Origin: Malacoraja senta
Lineage: Eukaryota
Reading direction: 5' to 3'
NCBI GenBank assembly: GCA_038087875.1
Contig: CM075989.1
Location: 5,952,001-6,016,000 of the forward strand
Length of the DNA stretch: 64,000 nucleotides
The notes under the pieces were generated by a model, which was not told the origin of the DNA, ran no database searches, and worked only from the letters and a program-made list of their open reading frames with translations. Below, piece by piece: positions 51,536 to 64,000 of this stretch. Each line of letters starts with the position of its first letter. The first letter of the stretch is position 1. The position numbers and the translations under genes are program-made.

Positions 51536-52396
51536 TATATCAGGCATATATTTCCAAAATCTATTCTCTAAATTCACTATTTTTTTTAAACTTTACCTCT
51601 TTCGCTCAAAAACCCAGATTAATGTGTGCATATTACACAGGAACTGCAGATGCCGGTTTAAACCGAAGATGGATACAAAAAGCTGGAGTTACACAGCGGG
51701 TCAGGCAGCATCTCTGGAGAGAAGGAATGGGTGACGTTTCTGGTCTGGGGAAGAGTCTCGACCCGGAACGTCACCTGTTCCTTTGCTCCGGAGATGCTGC
51801 CTGACCCGCTGTGTTACTCCAGCTTTTTGAGTCCAACCCAGATTCGTGCGTTTTATTTCAATTTTCTCCTGACACATTTTAACAGGATTAGGCATCGCTG
51901 CATTGAGTAGAGATGTTTTAAACAGCTCAGAGTAACATGGGCGCGTCTGCTGTGACAGCCATTATATCTGAGGTCAGCCTTTCATTTCTGAGTGATGTAG
52001 ATGACTCTGTAATAGCTATAATTATAGCGCATCAACGCTAGCATCAAGCTGCCTGAAGTGGACCACAATAAGATCAGTTGGAAACTGTCCAAGAAGCCTA
52101 ATAAACCTACAATTTTTACTGAAGATAGACACAAAACAGCTGGTGTAACTCAGCAGGACAGGCAGCATCTCTGGATAGAAGGAGTGGGTGGCGTTTTGGG
52201 TCGTGACCCTTCTTCAGACTCAGCGGCCCACCAGCCTGGAAGGGGAAAGCCCCTGTGCTGGCCCTTGCTCACCTGTCGGATACTCTGTGCCAATGAATTC
52301 CACCGATTCACCACTCTCTGGATAAAGAAACTCTGCCTCATCCCTATTCTAAAGGTAAGTCATTTTATTCTGAGGCTGTGGCCAATGGTCCTGGAC

Positions 52397-52747
52397 CAGG
52401 GATGGGGAACCTTTTCATAGTGGAATGCCGCATTGTTAGCTGTAATCTAATAAGGCCGCATCCAAGAAACTTCAATTAGATATACTTCAAAATGTACATT
52501 ATTTTGTTAAAATAACCCTCATGACTTACTAATGTGTTAATTGTGGCCGTCAGTCGGGGAGGATTATTTCGTTGAATCTTCTTTTACTCTTTGGTATTTT
52601 AAATACGTTCATTTTAAGATTAAAATAAAAATCATAAAAGATGAACAAAAACATATTAATAATAATAAAAAAATTGTTCTACAAAATTTGGATTCATTCA
52701 AAAGGCCGCACTTAATGGCTTAGAAGGCCGCAGGTTCCCCACCCCTG
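52397..52747. mobile_element. hAT (Charlie-like) MITE inserted in a CR1 fragment (about 52283-52795)
   Basis: TIR CAGGGATGGGGAACCT / AGGTTCCCCACCCCTG; 8-bp TSD TCCTGGAC (52389-52396) and TCCTAGAC (52748-52755). Confidence 0.88.
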
Positions 52748-53079
52748 TCCTAGACTCTCCCATTACTGGAGATGTCTTCTCCGCGTCCGCTCTATTTGGG
52801 CTCTCTCTCTGCTTTCTCTAAGTTCATAAGGTCATAAGGAATAGGAATAGAATTAGGCCATTCGGTTTAATCTATGTTTGGTCTTGCCAATATAGAGGAG
52901 CCTTTGAAACAATTTTGTGTTGCCATGTGATTGCAGACCAGAGATGCATTCCCATATTGGCTGCCTGTTTTACGGAGTCAGTAACACAAGGAGGAAATGC
53001 TTGAGCTCTCTGAGCGATCTTATCACTTGTCCTGTAATTACAGTGAGGATACAATCTGGAGTACTTGCTGCTTGCTTCG

Positions 53080-53296
53080 AGGGCCTGTCCCACTTGCCGA
53101 TTTTTTCAGCGACTGCCGGCATCATTGACTGACGTATCAGGTTTGACGCGGCGTGATGACGTTTGACGCGCGCTGTTTTTTCAAGTGTCGCAACATTTTT
53201 TTTGTCGCCGCTGGGTCTTGAAATGTTCAAAATCTTTTGGCGACACTGATGTGACGCCGACAGTCGCCGAAAAAATCGGCAAGTGGGACAGGCCCT
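53080..53296. mobile_element. PIF/Harbinger-like MITE, 217 bp
   Basis: TIR AGGGCCTGTCCCACTTGCCGATTTTTTC and its exact inverse; flanks TCG and TCA. Confidence 0.85.
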
Positions 53297-53752
53297 TCAG
53301 TGAGTCACCGTTTGCATCATTTTATCCCTTTTATTATCATACCTTCCCCAGCCAATAATGGGCCGTGTGACTTGCAGTGAGGCATCCCCCTCACTCGCCT
53401 CCTCTCGACAAAAGACAGAAAGTCTTCCTCACTTCCTCACAGGCGGCACGGTGGCGCAGCGGTAGAGTTGCTGCCTTACAGCTCTTGCAGTGCCGGAGAC
53501 CCGGGTTCGATCCCGACTACGGGTGCTGTCTGTACGGAGTATTATGTTCTCCCCGTGACCACGTGGGTTTTCTCCGAGATCTTCGATTTCCTCTCACGTT
53601 CAGACATAAAGGCTTGTAGGTTAATTGGCTTGGTATAAATGTAAAATGTTAGCGTGTGAGGATTGATGGTCGGTGTGGACTCGGTGGGCCGAAGGGCCTG
53701 TTTCCACGCAGTATCTCTAAACTAAACTAAGGCTCCACCTTTATACACTTCC

Positions 53753-53940
53753 AAAGATAGGCCCAAAATGCTGGAGTAGCTCAGCGGGACAGGCAGCATC
53801 TCTGGAGGGAAGAAATGACCCAAAACGTCATCCATTCCTTCTCTCCAGAGATGCTGCCTGACCCGCTGAGTTACTCCAGCATTTTGGTGTCTATCTTTGG
53901 TGTAAACCGGCATCTGCTCCATTTCTATGTCTTCCTACAC
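53753..53940. mobile_element. Palindromic hammerhead-family unit
   Basis: Minus arm then plus arm; TACACTTCC at 53744-53752 and 53946-53954. Confidence 0.75.
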
Positions 53941-54932
53941 TTATGTACACTTCCCTTGTGTTAGAGCAGTTTAGGCCATGGTGGCCTGTCGGTAACGGTG
54001 GTGCAGTGACCTAGAATGCAGCATAGAACTAGTGGTCAGCGTGGACTCAGTGGGCCAAAGGGCATGTTGCCACGCCATATCTTAAACCAAATTTAACTAA
54101 ACTGCAGCACGGTGGTGCAGCAGTAGAGTTGCTGCCTTACAACGACAGAGGCCCGGGTTTGATCCCGATTATGGGTGCTGTCTGTACGGAGTTTGCACGT
54201 TCATCCTGTGACCACGTGGGCTTTCCCTGGGTGCTCCGGTTTCCTCCCACACTCCAAAGTCGTGTAGGCTAATTGGCTTTGGTAATAGATTGTTAATTGT
54301 CCCTAGTGTGTAGGATAGTGCGAGTGTATGGGGATCGCTGGCCGGCACGCACTTGGTGGACCGAAGTCCTGTTTCTGCGCTGCATCTCTAAGCAAAAAAC
54401 TAAACAAATCACGATTCAAACAGCTATTTGACAAAGCAAGCCTTCTAAGCCAGGCGCGAGAAACCAATTAGTGTTGCCCCATTTGTAAGACATTTTAATA
54501 GATTGAATTCAATGTACTTTATGTAAACTTGGCAGTTAAGAAGTAAATAATTTGTTTCTAGTTACTTCAAAATGAGATTTTGTTCTTCTCATTTCGCGCT
54601 GGAACTCATACAGAATAATCACAGCCTCTATCAGCGTTTTTGAAAAGGGAGCTTTATCTGATTCTTTTACCTACAGTGCAGTTGCCAGTACCATCAGCTG
54701 TGAAAGAGGATAGGAGAGTTATCTGAGCCTATTCTACACATACTTGGCAAGGCTGATAGATTGAGCTGTGATATCTGCAGCTCGGAAGAAAGTCGATAAC
54801 TGACAGAGTGAAGTATTCAGTCGCTGCCATTGATCGCCTTGTCAGACACTTGCAATCCAGCTCATACTGAACAGAACCCGTCAGACACCTGAGCTCTGTA
54901 ACCCCTTGCAGACCGGAGCCCCATTTATACTT

Positions 54933-55144
54933 GTGTGGGAAAGAACTGCAGATGCTGGTTTAAACCAAAGATAGACACTAAATGCTGGAGTAACTCAGCG
55001 AGACAGGCAGCATCTCTGAATAGAAGGAATGGGTGACGATTTTGTGTCAAGACCCTTCTTCTCGACCCGAAACGTCACCCATTCCTTCTCTCCCGAGTTG
55101 CTGCCTGTCTCGCTGAGTTACCCCAGCATTTTGTGTCTATCTTC
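54933..55144. mobile_element. Palindromic hammerhead-family unit
   Basis: Arms meet at AGACCCTTCTTCTCGACCCGAAACGTCACC (about 55050-55079). Confidence 0.8.
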
Positions 55145-57026
55145 TCATTAATACCTCATTGGGGAATGGTGGTGGCTGGGGAAGAGGGACACTGGCCGTC
55201 GACTTGTGATACTAGAACAATCTTGTCCTTATTTTCAGTTTTGTTTAGACATACAGCGCGGAAACAGTCCCTTTGGCCCGTCGAGTCCTTGCCGACCAGA
55301 CACTACCCTACACCAAGCCAATTAACCTACAAATCTTTACGTCTTTGGAGTGTGGGAGGACACCGGAGCACGAGGAGAAAAACCCACGCAGGTCACGGGG
55401 AGAAGGTACAAACTCCGTACAGACAGCACCCGTGGTCAGGGTTGAAACCGGGTCTCTGGCGCTGTAAGGCAGCAACTCTACCGCTGGGCCACCGTGCCAT
55501 CGGGAACCTTCTCTTGTTTCCCACTGTTTATTAAAAATAAGTTGGGAATGCATACATTTTCAATCTTGGTGTCGATCCAGCGCAAACTTGCTAAAAATAG
55601 TAATAAAACCTTCGGTGCCCCAGATGGATTCTGGCTGTGCACTTCGAGGATATTTTCATTACAATTTTTACATGAATACAAAGAGGCTTCATCTCCATGG
55701 TGATTCAAATTTACGCATCTCAGAGGAGATGATGGCAGCAAAGTGGCACAGCTGGTCGAGCTGCTGCCTCACAGCGGCAGAGACCCGAGTCCGATCCTGT
55801 CCTCGGGTGCTGTCTGTGTGGAGTTTGCACGTTCTACCCTGTGACTGCATGGGTTTCCTCCCACACGTCAAAAAAAAAGGCTTGCAGGTTTGTAGTTTAA
55901 TCTGCCTCTGAAATAGTTGATATAGTTTCCCCTCAGGTTCCTATTAAATCTTTCATCTTTAGGGTGGCACAGCGGTAGAGTTGCTGCTTTACAGTGCCGA
56001 AGTCCCGGGTTCAAACTTGACCAGGCCTGCTGTCTATACGGAGTTTGCTCGTTCACCCTATGGCTGCGTGGGCTTTCTCCTGGTGCTCCGGTTTCCTCCC
56101 ACATCCCAAAGACGTGCAGGTTTGCAGGTTAATTTGCTTCAGTAAATTGTCCCTAGAATGTAGCATAGAGTTGGTGGGCTGAAGGGCCTGTTTCCATCTC
56201 TAAACTAAACTAAACAGCGACATGGTGGCGCAACAGTAGAGTTGCTGCTCCTACAGTGCAGAATTGTAGGTTAATTGGCTTCTATAAACTGTCCGCAGAG
56301 TGTGGGATACAACTAGTGAATGGTTGGAGTGGACTTGGTGGGTCGAACGGCCTGTTTCCGCACTGTATCTGTAAACCCAACTAAACCAAACTTCTCATCT
56401 TAAACCTATGCCCTCTGGCCTTCAATTCATTGATTGTCAAAGCTGTCAGGTTTCTGGGAACTTTTGAAACATTTAACGTCAAAAAGAACCCTTAATATAT
56501 GAATATAAAACAGAACAGATTGATATTGAACAAACAATATGAACACATTTTAAAAAACTGAGAACTATTTTAAAAAGCTTAAAATATTTAAAGACAAACA
56601 GTTACATTAAATGTAGGTCATGGCTGCGTGGCAACTCATTTCTATTTTCACACCATCACTCCACACCTCCTGATATCCTTTGCCAGTAATAATCAATCAA
56701 CTTCAGGCTGGGAGATTTAATTCTCCCATAGCTTCTACCTGTCACCCCATTTCACAGACATTGGGTAATTTGTCCCATTGAAACTGGCACACGATACAGC
56801 AAAATCATTTCACGCAGGTTATATAAGTTCTAGAGTGTATCAACACATCAGACTGAGTTTAGTTTAGCTTAGAGATACAGCACAGAAACAGGCCATTCGG
56901 CCCACCGAGACCACTATCCTGCACACGCTAGGAAAACATGTATATTTATACCAAGCCAATTAACCTACAAGGCTGTACGTCTTTGGAGTGCGGGAGGAAA
57001 CCGGGATCTTGTACAAATCCAATTTC

Positions 57027-58192
57027 CAAGATGGCGCGGCCGGGTATAGTCACCGTCGTGGTAGCTCCGCGGAGACGGTGCGTATTTTTGAACTTTGGAC
57101 CACTGCTACACGCCGTTCAGGAAAGGCTACAAGGCCGTTTCACTCCCTCCTGTTGGAAAATCTGACCATGCTGCCGTTTTCCTGCTGCCGGAGTATAAAC
57201 AACGGACAGTACGGGAAGCGGCAGTGACGAGGGACGTAAAGCGGTGGGTGGTCCGGCCAGTCAGAGGCCATGCAACAGGAAGCACTGACCGATGTCGACT
57301 GGAATATGTTCCATGCAAGCTCCAGTCACGTCAGTGAGTTCGCGGAAGCGGTCACGGGCTTCATTGCAACAATAGCCGATAACATCGTCCCCACGGTAAG
57401 GGTTAGCATCTTTCCTAATCAAAAACCCTGGGTAGACAGGTCCATTCGCGTTGTCTTGAATGTCATAAAAACTAAGGAGCTGATTGTGGACCTTAGAAGG
57501 GCACAACATCCGAGGACATACACGCCACTGGAGATAAATGGGACTACTGTGGATAGGGTGAGCTGCTTTAAATACCTGGGAGTCCACATCACAGAGGATC
57601 TGACATGGACATCATACGCTGCCGCACTGGTGAGTGAGGCAAGGCAGCGTCTTTACCACCTGAGGCAGCTGAGGAAATTCAGAGTGTCTCTGAGGATCCT
57701 TCATTGGTTCTTCTCAGAGGCTGGAGAAAACATCACAATCTGGTTTGGGAACCAGGACAAGAAGGCTCTGCAGAGAGTAGTGCATTTGGCCGAACGCACT
57801 ATGGGAACTACACTCGCCCCCCTGCAGGACCTATACACCAGGAGGTGCAGATCCAGAGCCAGCAACATTATGGGGGACCCCTACCACCCCAGCAACGGAC
57901 TGTTCCAGCTGCTATGGCCAGGCAAACACCTCCGCTGTCATGCTGTGAAAACAGAGAGGATGAGACGGAGTTTCTTCCCACAGGCCATTAGGACTGTAAA
58001 CTCTTATCTCATCAGGGACTAATTTACTGTTGTGTTGGGTCTTTTTTTAAATTGCTGGGTTTTTCTAATATGTAAATACTGATTCTGTTCTATTCTGGTC
58101 TGTAGTTTTATGCACAATCCGCAGGCATCGCCACTTTCATTTCACTGCACATCTTGTATGTGTATGTGACAAATAAACTTGACTTGACTTGA
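57027..58192 (+). mobile_element. Internally deleted Rex1/Babar-like LINE lacking the RT core, inserted in a minus-strand SINE (56856-57008 and 58193-58300)
   Basis: CAAGATGGCG 5' end; endonuclease end LDHCYT...GKSDH; FPNQKPW fused to LNVIKTKELIVD; C-terminus SFFPQAIR; (CTTGA)n tail. Confidence 0.85.
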
Positions 58193-58752
58193 TCACAGGG
58201 GGAACATACAAACTCCATGCAGATAGCACCTGTAGGCAGGATCGAACCCGGGTCTCTGATGATGTAAGGGCTGTTAGGCAGCCACCGAGCCACCGAGCCA
58301 CCCTCAGATATTGCCCGCAGAAGAGCAAGTTCTACAGCAAAACCTTTGTCGTGCGACATCATCATTTAAGTCGGGCCGAGGCAAGATAGATTTAATGTTA
58401 CTTCACAGAGTGGTTTGGGAGCGACTTCATGAATAGAAACTTGCTCATTAAGTTGGATCTCTCCGCATCTGTCACACAGAGCCTTAGAACACAGGTGGCT
58501 TGAGAATCAGTCCATATTCCTGCTGCTGATCCTAATTACAGCTACAGCCTTGCCCCGCAATCATTGTGAATCAAAGGATTATCTCGTTGGAAGATAGCGC
58601 CCAATCGCTCAATACGTGCCTTGCTTTCAAATTGCCTTTTGGAACTTCATTAGAATTCTCAGGAATGAAGTTTAAGCAGTTCATCAGTGCCGATGAAATG
58701 TCACTGATGTTGATCCAAGTGCAGAGTCCAATCCTTCAAAAACACAACCATG

Positions 58753-59743
58753 CAGCGATGTTACAACATTTTGAGATTTTAAAAATCAAGTCTGCAATTT
58801 ATCCCATCAGATAAAGCATAAAAAGAAGTTTAATTTGACACCTAATTCACTTTCATATCTTCAGTATTAAAACAGTTATGGCCATTTTCATACTCGGAAA
58901 TTAGCATCTTGTTCCCTATTGCTTTTCCATTGACTTAACACAAAAGCTGTGATCAAGGACAGTCAAAAGCCCATAACTTTCTTACAAATTATGAGAACTT
59001 AATGAAATTTTCAGTTATTATAGATTGAAGCATTCTGAAACAAATATGAAACAATCTTACTTGGATGACCTGAAATTAAAGCATATAATTAGTTAGTTAC
59101 CCAATTGTAGCTAATTACAAAATTCAATTACTAGATCTAAATATCTATCCATTTCTTAAGAAAAAGTTAACATTTTTAAAAAGCCTAAGTGTCCAAATAA
59201 CATTCACACAAGAATTCACAATATAACATTATTTTTAAATCTCATTGTCATTAATTTATAGGCCAAATGGAAGGAATTTAGTGTTTAATTCCTGTATATT
59301 AATGGCCATTTAAATCATCTTGCGAGTGGGATTTTGTGGAACGCGCTGGTTTGGAACGCTGCGGTTGCACTGAATTAAACCCAATATCGGCAGGAAAAAT
59401 ACTGCCGGATGGTATATTTAAATAATCACATTTTCGCAACTTGAAATTTTTTATTAAAGGCATCCTAAGAAGCAAGTTTATATGATAAAATAAATGGTGT
59501 ACCTTGCCTTGTCCCGTGCGTGAAATCCGTCCCGTTGTCGGCGTTGATGGCATTTGAAGATGATTTGGACGGCAGTCGAAGCGATTTTTCTTCATCAACT
59601 ATTTAGCCTGTTCAAGATCGTTTAGAACAGGCTGCCGAAAAATCGCATTTTAAACCCGTCCCCCTCTCAAAGGCGCCAAAGTCGCGCACACGGGCAGTGA
59701 CAGAACTGCAGCGCCGCTGAAGGTAAGTTTTGTAACATACCTA
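58753..59743. mobile_element. Non-autonomous hAT(Ac)-like DNA transposon, about 990 bp
   Basis: Ends CAGCGATGTTACAA / TTGTAACATACCTA; AACCATG duplicated at 58746-58752 and 59744-59750. Confidence 0.65.
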
Positions 59744-60509
59744 AACCATGTGGTGCAGCAGTAGAGTTGCTGCCTTACAGCGCCGGAGACCCGGGTTCGA
59801 TCCCCACTACGGGTGCTGTCTGTACGGAGTTTGCACGTTCTCTCCGTGACCTGCGTGGGTTTTCTCAGAGATCTTCGGTTTCCTCTCACACTCCAAAGAC
59901 GTGTAGGTTTGTAGGTTAATTGGCTTGGTATAAATGTAAATTGCCCTTAGTGTGTGTAGGGTAGTATTAATGTGCGGAGATCGCTAGTCGGCGTGGACTC
60001 GGAGGGCCGAAGGGCTTGTTTCCATGCTGTATCTCCAAACTAAACTGAACTAAACAACTCAATGCTTCTTTTAGCTACACTCAACTGATATTTGCAGATA
60101 AACAGAGCAAGTTGCCTTGACTTCTCCACCTTCAGGTATCTCTCGCTTTCCCTCTCTCTCCAGCCCTCCCCATCCGAGTACTCCCACTAGTTTTACTATC
60201 CTGATTAAATTTTACTTATTGTATGCCTCGTTGTCACCTTCCCCTCAGCTAACAATGATCCAATCTACATTTTCCTTGATCTTCATCCCCTTTGATCTCA
60301 TCTTATGCTTCCATATCTCTGCCTCACTCTCCCCTGACTCTGTCTGAAGAAGGGTCTTGATCCAAAACGTTACCCATTCCTTCTATTCAGAGATGCCTCC
60401 TGTCCCGCTGAGTTACTCCAGCATTTTGTGTCTACCTTCGGTGTAAACCAGCATCTGCGGTTCCTCACTACACAAGCTGCCGTGACTTCAGTGTAGCAAG
60501 ACATCCCAT

Positions 60510-60777
60510 GTGGAGTGGATGTTTTCACTAGTCCAGGACCAGAGGCCATAGCCTCAGAATAAAAATACATACCTTTAGGAAGAAGATGAGGAATAATTGA
60601 TTTAGTCAGAGGGTGGTGAATCTGTGGAATTCATTGCCACAGGCTGCTGCGGAGGACGTCAATAGATATTTGTAAGGTAGAGATTGATAGATTCTTGATT
60701 AGCACGGGTGTCAGGAGTTATGGGGAGAAGGCAGGAGAATGGGGTTGAGAGGGAAAGATAGATCAGCCATGATTGAA
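60510..60777 (+). mobile_element. CR1 3' fragment
   Basis: TTTAGTCAGAGGGTGGTGAATCTGTGGAATTCATTGCCACAG and 3'UTR. Confidence 0.75.
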
Positions 60778-63158
60778 GACGTGGGCAATTGACCAAAGCT
60801 CAGTTAAAGAGATGGTAAGGAGTTTCATGAAGGAGAAACACAATGACATATCAAAGGGATGCAATCTACTGCTCAAGTAGACTGAGGATACTCAGTCATT
60901 GCGTGCATTTGAGGCTTTGTTTGATAAATAGGACTCAAGAAATAAAGGAATCGGTTGTGAAAACAGATAAGAGGTAAACATTTCAGCTCTAGTAGAGAGG
61001 CACAAAACTGGAGTAACTCAGTAGGACAGGCAGCATCTCTGGAGAAAAGGAATAGATGACGTTTCGTGTCGAGACCCTTCTTCTGAGTCTGAAGGTCTGA
61101 AGAAGATCTTAGTCTGAAGAAGACAAAACGTCACCTATTCCTTCTCTCCAGAAATGCTGCCTGACCCGAGGAGTTGCTCCAGCATTTTTTGTAAACCAGA
61201 TTCCTCTCTAATCATTCCAACTGTGATCTAACTGAATAGTGGAGCTGACTCATGGGTCCACGTGCCGGTCTCCTGCTTCTAGCTTTTATAATGTCGGGAA
61301 GATTTATGGACGAGAAATTGTTCCAATCTTGAATCACATCTCTCTCTCTTGAATCTTCCTCTTGATGAATCCTATCTGCTATCCAGTGGAACATGGATAT
61401 TGGATGGAACACAATTGAGATACCATACTTAAAGGCATGGTGCAGTTGGAAAGCCACAGGCAGCAGAGATAAGCACCTTTAAGTTCAGCTTAGTTTAGTT
61501 TAGAGATACAGCGCAGAAACAGGCCCTTCGGCCCACCGAGTCCCCGCTGACCAGCGATCCCCATACACGAACACTGTCCTACACGCCAGGGACAATTCGC
61601 CCACCAATCTGTACATCTTTGGAGTGTGGGAGGAAACCGGAGCTCCCAGAGAAAAACCTATGCGGTTTAGGCACACGCACACTGCACCCACACGAAGGAT
61701 CATTTTTTACATTTATACCAAGCCAATTAACCTACACACCTGTACGTCTTTAGTGTGTGGGAGGAAACTGAAGTTCTCAAAGAAATTCCACACAGGTCAC
61801 GGGGAGAACGGACAAACTCCGTACAGACAGCACCCGTAGTCTGGATAGAACCCAGGCCTGGTGCTGTCATGCAGTAGCTCTATCGTTGCACCACATAGCC
61901 ACCAAAGTCCTGCCGTTAAAATAGTTGAGTGCTGACTAGACGCCTGCTTTAGAAGCTTTTTCAATTGAAATTAAAAATTATTAAATGCATCATAGGCTTT
62001 CAGAAAGGGAATCACAAATTAACTAGCAGATCGGATTTCACAGCCAAGAAATCAATGACATCGTCACTTCCCATCCCAATAAAATAATGCTGGTCAAAAT
62101 CTTTGAATCTGTGTTACCCAATAACTAGATCAAACCTCATTCACCCAATCACAACATTGCTTTAAAGTTAGCATCAATGCTATAAATGTGCTGTTTTATT
62201 TTTTAAAATGGTAGTTGCAGATTAAAAAAAATATGAGATAAAATTGAATCCATAATGTTATGAAGTACTTATGTGCCTCAAGAGATCTGGACAGCAAAAG
62301 TATTGTTTGCTTCTATCCTCTACATATTAAGCACAGGAAACATCATCTTTGGTTCCTTCCTATAACCCTTGCTGGGATTGGAACAGCAGGCGCGGATAAA
62401 ATGGTGAAGAAAAAAAGACGCAAAATGCTGGCATAACTCAGCTGGTCCGGCTGCATCTCTGGAGACCATGGAAAGGTAACGTTTTGGATCGGGACCCTTC
62501 TTCAGAATGATTGTGAGGGAGGGGGAAAGAAAGCTGGAAGAGAGGTCTATGTTCTCCAGAGGTGTTGCCAGACCCGCAGAGTTACTCCAGCACTTTGCAT
62601 CTTTTTTTGTAAACCAGCAACTGCAGTTCCTTGTTTCTAGAATGGGATGTAGCCTTTGATCTCAGAGTGGTCAGGTACAAGGGACATGCCCCCATTCATT
62701 TGGGCATCTGGAAAGTATTGCGGAGGGTTAAGTCTCTTCCCATTTCACTGTCAGAGATGAGTCTCCTTGGCACCTCAAGACCAGGCTGCTCAAAGAAAGC
62801 ACTGAAAATCAATAAGGGCAATACAGTGGCGCAGCTGATAGAGTTGTTGCCTCACAGCACCAGAGACCCTGACCTCGGGTGCTGCCCGTGTGGAGTTTGC
62901 ACGTTTTCTCTGTGACTGTGTGGGTTTCCTCTGGGTGCTCCGGTTTCCTACCACATGCCAAAGTCATTCGGGTTTGAAGGTTAATCGGCAGGAATGAGTG
63001 GGGTGTGGCTGAGCAAGTGGGATAACACAGAATTATTGTGAATGGGTGAACGATTGTTGGCGTGGAGCCGGTAGGGTGAAAGTCCTGGTTTAAGTTCTAT
63101 ATCACTAAACAAAACGAGACTAAACTAAACTAAATGTTTGATACATATTTGATATGTA

Positions 63159-63488
63159 AAACCCTGTCCCACAGTATGAGTTCATTCCAAGAGCTCTCCT
63201 GAGTTTTAAAAAAATCAGACTCATGGTAAGCACGGAGAATGAACGTAGCAGGTACGTCGGAGCTCGGGGACATCTCTTAGTGCCTCGGAACGCTAACGGC
63301 AGGTACTCGGGAAGACTCGCTAACGGCAGGAAAGCTCGGGAAGACTCGTGAAGATTTTTCAACATGTGGAAAAATGTCCACGAGAGCCCCGAGTACCGAC
63401 GAGTGGCCGTTACCATAAATCTCCAGGTTTGAATCAGGGCAAACACGGGAGAACTCTTGGAATGAACTCGTACCGTGGGACAAGGCTA
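63159..63488. mobile_element. PIF/Harbinger-like MITE, same family as 35932-36263, opposite orientation
   Basis: CCCTGTCCCACAGTATGAGTTCATTCC / GGAATGAACTCGTACCGTGGGACAAGG; interior is the reverse complement of the 35932 copy. Confidence 0.85.
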
Positions 63489-63654
63489 TTATGCCATTAT
63501 ATCCACTACATTATATCCACAAATAAAAAACTTTTCACTGTACCTCAATACACTTGACAATAAACTAAACTAAAACTATTTGGAACAATAAGCCAATGAG
63601 TTTGTTTTGAAATACAGTCGCTATGTAAATGCACACCAACTAAGCTATTTACCG

Positions 63655-63885
63655 TGACTAAAAAGCAAAATGCTGCAGATGCCGGAAGTCTGAAATAAAA
63701 GCAAGATATGTTCGAAACACTCATTAGTTGGGCAGGGTCTGTGCGGAGAGATAGAGTTAGCATTTCTGATCTGGGGCCTTCATCAGAACCTTCTGACGAA
63801 GGGAACTGGAACAGAAACGTGAACTGTTTCACTCTCCACAGATGTTGCCTGCCCTGCTGAGTGTTTCTGGCATTTCCTGTTTCAA
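63655..63885. mobile_element. Older, divergent palindromic hammerhead-family unit
   Basis: CCTTCATCAG (minus-strand CTGATGA) facing CTGACGA (63793-63799) and GAAACGT (63814-63820); arms loosely inverted. Confidence 0.55.
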
Positions 63886-64000
63886 TTATGTGTAGTTTAG
63901 CCCCATCGTAAATGAATGAAAGAAGGATTGAAGCAATTTGGGATGAATTATTTTGTTAAAGGTGCTATACAAATGCCAGATATTTTTTGGGGTTAATTGA

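Overview
Repeat-dense, apparently non-genic (intronic or intergenic) vertebrate DNA. The repeat repertoire (tRNA-headed V-SINE/HE1-like SINE with a CR1-type tail, many CR1 and Rex1/Babar-like LINE 3' ends, DeuSINE relics) suggests a cartilaginous fish, probably a skate or ray; this is inference. I found no convincing host exon. Largest recognisable units: (1) a complete but decayed 4.6-kb DIRS tyrosine-recombinase retrotransposon (29362-34005, minus strand; gag, RT, RNase H, methyltransferase-like domain and YR, with intact ITRs and ICR); (2) a young 5'-truncated CR1 with an open RT frame (46313-47836); (3) an RT-less Rex1/Babar derivative (57027-58192); (4) seven PIF/Harbinger-like MITEs sharing one 14-bp end, and two hAT-like non-autonomous elements; (5) a roughly 2.8-kb compound (CA)n region split by a LINE; (6) a 200-N gap. 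The most striking pattern is roughly 40 copies of a 90-140 nt non-coding unit that begins with a minimal type I hammerhead ribozyme core (CTGAAGA-stem-GAAACGTC) of the Penelope-like-element type. These units insert either alone or as head-to-head palindromes, with 9-13 bp target-site duplications around the whole unit. Boundaries and copy counts were read by eye and are approximate unless exact motifs are quoted.
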